DNA of 64,000 nt, taken from NCBI GenBank assembly GCA_043803405.1, contig JAZDKB010000009.1:218265-282264 (forward strand), in the 5' to 3' direction. Source of the stretch: Spirochaetota bacterium (GTDB lineage: Bacteria; Spirochaetota; UBA4802; JAFGDQ01). Numbering within the stretch: position 1 is the stretch's first letter; each line of letters starts with the position of its first letter. Position numbers and translations under genes: made by a program. The notes below the pieces were generated by a model, which ran no database searches, was not told the origin of the DNA, and saw only the letters and a list, made by a program, of their open reading frames with translations. This document shows, piece by piece, positions 61,035 through 64,000 of the stretch.

Positions 61035-61439
61035 ATGCGTTTAAAATATTGTCTGATTGCTTTTCTTTTTGTATTTTGTACCTTTAATACTCTTCATGCA
61101 GCATATCCATACGTTGAATTGTACTATTGGGTTTACAATGGTAAAGACAGTGGAGAAAGAGCCGATCAAGCTTTAAAGAAGGCTGGCTTTACACCAGTAG
61201 CAGGAACTTTTCAACAAATGGATCATGTAGGAACGTATAAAGATTATACAGGTGTTGTTGTTTGTTTGAATAATGAAAATAACGCTTCTTTATCAACAGC
61301 TACTAAAGAGGCACGGTTTATGTTCATGCAAAAACCAGGCGAAAACATTAATTTAATAATTTTTATTGTTTCTGGACCAAATTACAAGGAAGCAAATCGT
61401 TTAGCACTTGAACTTAAAAAGTCCTTTGAGCAAAATTAA
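61035..61439 (+). CDS. cassette 2: small secreted hypothetical protein
   Basis: AAGGAG RBS, ATG 61035, signal peptide ending LHA; bounded by GTTAGAAAT and ATTTCTAAC. Confidence 0.8.
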   Translation: MRLKYCLIAFLFVFCTFNTLHAAYPYVELYYWVYNGKDSGERADQALKKAGFTPVAGTFQQMDHVGTYKDYTGVVVCLNNENNASLSTATKEARFMFMQKPGENINLIIFIVSGPNYKEANRLALELKKSFEQN

Positions 61440-61441
61440 AT

Positions 61442-61572
61442 TTCTAACATTGGCTGCAGCCTGATTTTTACTCGCGTTTTTTTGTTTAAGTATGTGAATG
61501 CAAGTTGTAAGTCGTAATGTTTTTGAATACCTTTGCTAGTACCCGTAAAAACAGCTGAGCCTTTAGTTAGGT
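61442..61572 (+). other. attC2 (131 bp)
   Basis: TTCTAAC...GTTAGGT; arms GGCT-g-CAG-c-CTG-a-TTTTTAC / GTAAAAA-CAG-CTG-AGCC. Confidence 0.9.
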
Positions 61573-61598
61573 GAGTAACAAATTTTTTAAGAAAAATT

Positions 61599-63074
61599 AT
61601 GAAGAATAAAATTGAAATTGTAAAATTAATAATTGAACTGTTTCTTCTATTATCTGCTGTATTTGCTTCCTATTTTAACAAGAGTATATATTATTATTTA
61701 TTTGATATTAAATATATACTCTTGGCAATTGTTATTCTTTATAACTTTATAGTTTTTATCTATTTTTTCTCTACTAAAAAAAAGGATTACAAAATATTTA
61801 TTTCTGTTCCAATTTCAATAATTATAATTCTATTAATAATATTTATCAATCCATATCCAAAATGCGACACAATAACAATCTCTGGCTTTTATGAGGAAAT
61901 AGGGAATCACTATCAAAACACAAGTAATGGTGATGAATTTGCGAATAGAATAATTGCAAATTTTAAAAAAATGTCCGAAGAATTTTCCTTATTAAATAAT
62001 TCGTCTTTTCAATACTTTCCAATAGATGCAAAAAAATTCATTTTGCCGAATACTTACTCTGAAAATATGAATAAAGATGATTATGAAAATAATATGCGCA
62101 ATAATCTTCGTTCTCCAACTGGAATAGTCGGTTTCGTAAAAAATAGTAAAATTGAAAATATTGTTTATAGCCTCAGAAAAAATATCATTTTTAGGGATAT
62201 AAAAAAAAGTAGAAATGAAATAGATGTAGTAAATCATATTATAACTTATATTCTAAATAACCATAAACTTAATGAAAATGAAAAAATAGATATAATATCA
62301 TCGATATTGTTTTTAGATATAAATTCTCGTTATGTTTCTTATACTACTTATCAAGAAATAACAGCAGAAGAGTTAGGTTTATATATCTTAAATTTAGTTG
62401 AAGAAATTTCAAAAATTAAATTTAAATATAATTCTTTATCTAAAGAAATTAATTATTTAATAACTGGTTTAATGCTTTCATTTATCGATGCATATCATGG
62501 CGATATGTCAGATGAACAGATAAGTAAAGTTTTAATAGATTCCTTATCACTATCTCCTTATTATCCGTGCTTAAACGAACAGGAATTTGCTTCAATCTAT
62601 TTAAATACCGAATATAATAAGCATAAAAATAATGGGATTAAAAATTTACCAATATTATATGAATTAGGAAATATGATAGCAGAATGTGATCTCAATTTAA
62701 AAGAACGTATACTTAATTCTGCAAAGAAACAAATATTTTTTACATATAATTCTAGTATATTGTATCTCATGCTTATAGATTTTTATAGATTAAAGAAGCC
62801 TTTTAATGAATACACTAAAAAAGATTTATATATGATTGATGAAATCAATAATCTATTTTTAAAAGCTATTATAGTTAATAAAAATGAGAAATTAACTGAT
62901 TTTATTATTTTAAAACAATGTTTATATTATCATGGTTTTATCCGTGCATACTTAGAACTAAAAATGGATGACAAAGTAGACTTTTATTTTAGTAAAATTG
63001 GTGTTATCTTGGATAGTAATTCGAAGGTACGTACTCTATATAAGGGTATTGGTAACAGTACTTTAAAAGAGTAA
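61599..63074 (+). CDS. cassette 3: hypothetical protein with three N-terminal TM segments
   Basis: 491-aa AT-rich ORF bounded by GTTAGGTG and CACCTAAC. Confidence 0.75.
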   Translation: MKNKIEIVKLIIELFLLLSAVFASYFNKSIYYYLFDIKYILLAIVILYNFIVFIYFFSTKKKDYKIFISVPISIIIILLIIFINPYPKCDTITISGFYEEIGNHYQNTSNGDEFANRIIANFKKMSEEFSLLNNSSFQYFPIDAKKFILPNTYSENMNKDDYENNMRNNLRSPTGIVGFVKNSKIENIVYSLRKNIIFRDIKKSRNEIDVVNHIITYILNNHKLNENEKIDIISSILFLDINSRYVSYTTYQEITAEELGLYILNLVEEISKIKFKYNSLSKEINYLITGLMLSFIDAYHGDMSDEQISKVLIDSLSLSPYYPCLNEQEFASIYLNTEYNKHKNNGIKNLPILYELGNMIAECDLNLKERILNSAKKQIFFTYNSSILYLMLIDFYRLKKPFNEYTKKDLYMIDEINNLFLKAIIVNKNEKLTDFIILKQCLYYHGFIRAYLELKMDDKVDFYFSKIGVILDSNSKVRTLYKGIGNSTLKE

Positions 63075-63112
63075 AGAAAAAAAAATAGTCATGCTAAGTG
63101 TGTAAAAAAAGC

Positions 63113-63245
63113 ACCTAACATTTGTTCCAGTCTGATTCTTGCTCGCGTTTTTTCTGTTTCAATCAGTCAATGCGAGTTTTAAAATCAGTTAGTTTTTGAA
63201 TGCCGTTGCCAGTACCCGCAAGAACAGCTGAACATTTAGTTAGAT
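63113..63245 (+). other. attC3 (133 bp)
   Basis: ACCTAAC...GTTAGAT; arms TGTT-c-CAG-t-CTG-a-TTCTTGC / GCAAGAA-CAG-CTG-AACA; clearly homologous to attC2. Confidence 0.9.
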
Positions 63246-63264
63246 TTGGAAGCGGAGAAAATTT

Positions 63265-63852
63265 TTGGAAGTACCAAAGCTTAATAAAATTAATGACGAA
63301 TATGAATTAGTAAATTTATTTACTGGGGAAGATGTTCAGTATATAAATCGTATAATTGAAATTCTTGAATTAAATGATATATATTTTTTCACAAGAGATC
63401 TATCCGTTGTTGGACCTGATTTTTATCTTCCAGGACCAACTCAAATTCAAATAAAAAAAATAGATATAGAGAAAGTTATTGGTTATTTGTCAGAAGAAAA
63501 TCTTTTAATTAAACCAAGAAAAACAGGTGAAAAATTAGGTGTTGATCCATGCCCAAAGTGTAACTCAAAGATATTAACCAGTAATAGAAGTTCAATATTT
63601 TTTATTATAGCTTCAATCGTTTTTCTCGGTATACCAATATTTTTAAGAAGAAGAAAATGGGTATGTACTAAGTGCAATTACACATGGAGAGAACCACTAT
63701 ACTTTTATAAGATCTTTTTTTTATTTTTTCTATTGGTATTTTATGTATTGATATTTCAAAAATATTATCCTTCTATCAATCATTACATAAGTTCAGTATT
63801 GGAAGAAAAATATAATAAAAAATTAGTGGATGAATTTTTAAAATCTGAATAA
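63265..63852 (+). CDS. cassette 4: membrane protein with a Zn-ribbon split around a TM segment
   Basis: GGAG RBS and TTG start; CPKC-(hydrophobic)-CTKC, then a second TM segment. Confidence 0.72.
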   Translation: MEVPKLNKINDEYELVNLFTGEDVQYINRIIEILELNDIYFFTRDLSVVGPDFYLPGPTQIQIKKIDIEKVIGYLSEENLLIKPRKTGEKLGVDPCPKCNSKILTSNRSSIFFIIASIVFLGIPIFLRRRKWVCTKCNYTWREPLYFYKIFFLFFLLVFYVLIFQKYYPSINHYISSVLEEKYNKKLVDEFLKSE

Positions 63853-63858
63853 ATCAAA

Positions 63859-63917
63859 ACCTAACAATAAAGGATAGAGACGATCGTTTTTTGATCGTAC
63901 TCTATCCAATGTTCAAG
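63859..63917 (+). other. atypical or degenerate attC4
   Basis: ACCTAAC 6 bp after the stop, then hairpin GGATAGAGACGATC...GATCGTACTCTATCC and GTTCAAG (not GTTRRRY). Confidence 0.4.
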
Positions 63918-64000
63918 AAGCCCGACTAAGAAGATATTTTGTCTATAAGGGTAAAGATACGGTGTTTATTTGGAGGGCAGATTAATAGATCAGGGGAAAA

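Overview
Bacterial chromosomal window, most likely from a Leptospira-related spirochaete. This is inferred from a LipL71/LruA-like LysM lipoprotein, a spirochaete-type GAPDH, lpxA/lpxD and futalosine-pathway genes. About 1-48.4 kb is mostly housekeeping: acyl-CoA metabolism, mtnP, mqnL/mqnP, acs, ribD/ribE, yajC-secD-secF, bamA-skp-lpxD-lpxA, gap-tpiA-secG and glpX. It also holds a solo cas6 behind a 21-bp-period repeat array, an uncharacterised OM-barrel/coiled-coil + MotA/ExbB + vWA operon, and several small palindromic elements. From about 51.3 kb to the end lies an integron whose integrase points towards its cassettes. Between intI and the putative attI are a small accessory ORF and an array of TGTCTA-N4-TAGACA palindromes. 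Four cassettes follow; the first is a very large nuclease-STAND (Avs-like) defence gene. Its attC is split by a co-oriented IIB/CL-type group II intron with apparently non-canonical but mutually consistent ends (UUGAG...GA, with U at the gamma position), an FADD RT motif and EBS1/EBS2 matching the attC arm. All calls come from reading the sequence; no database searches or folding programs were run.
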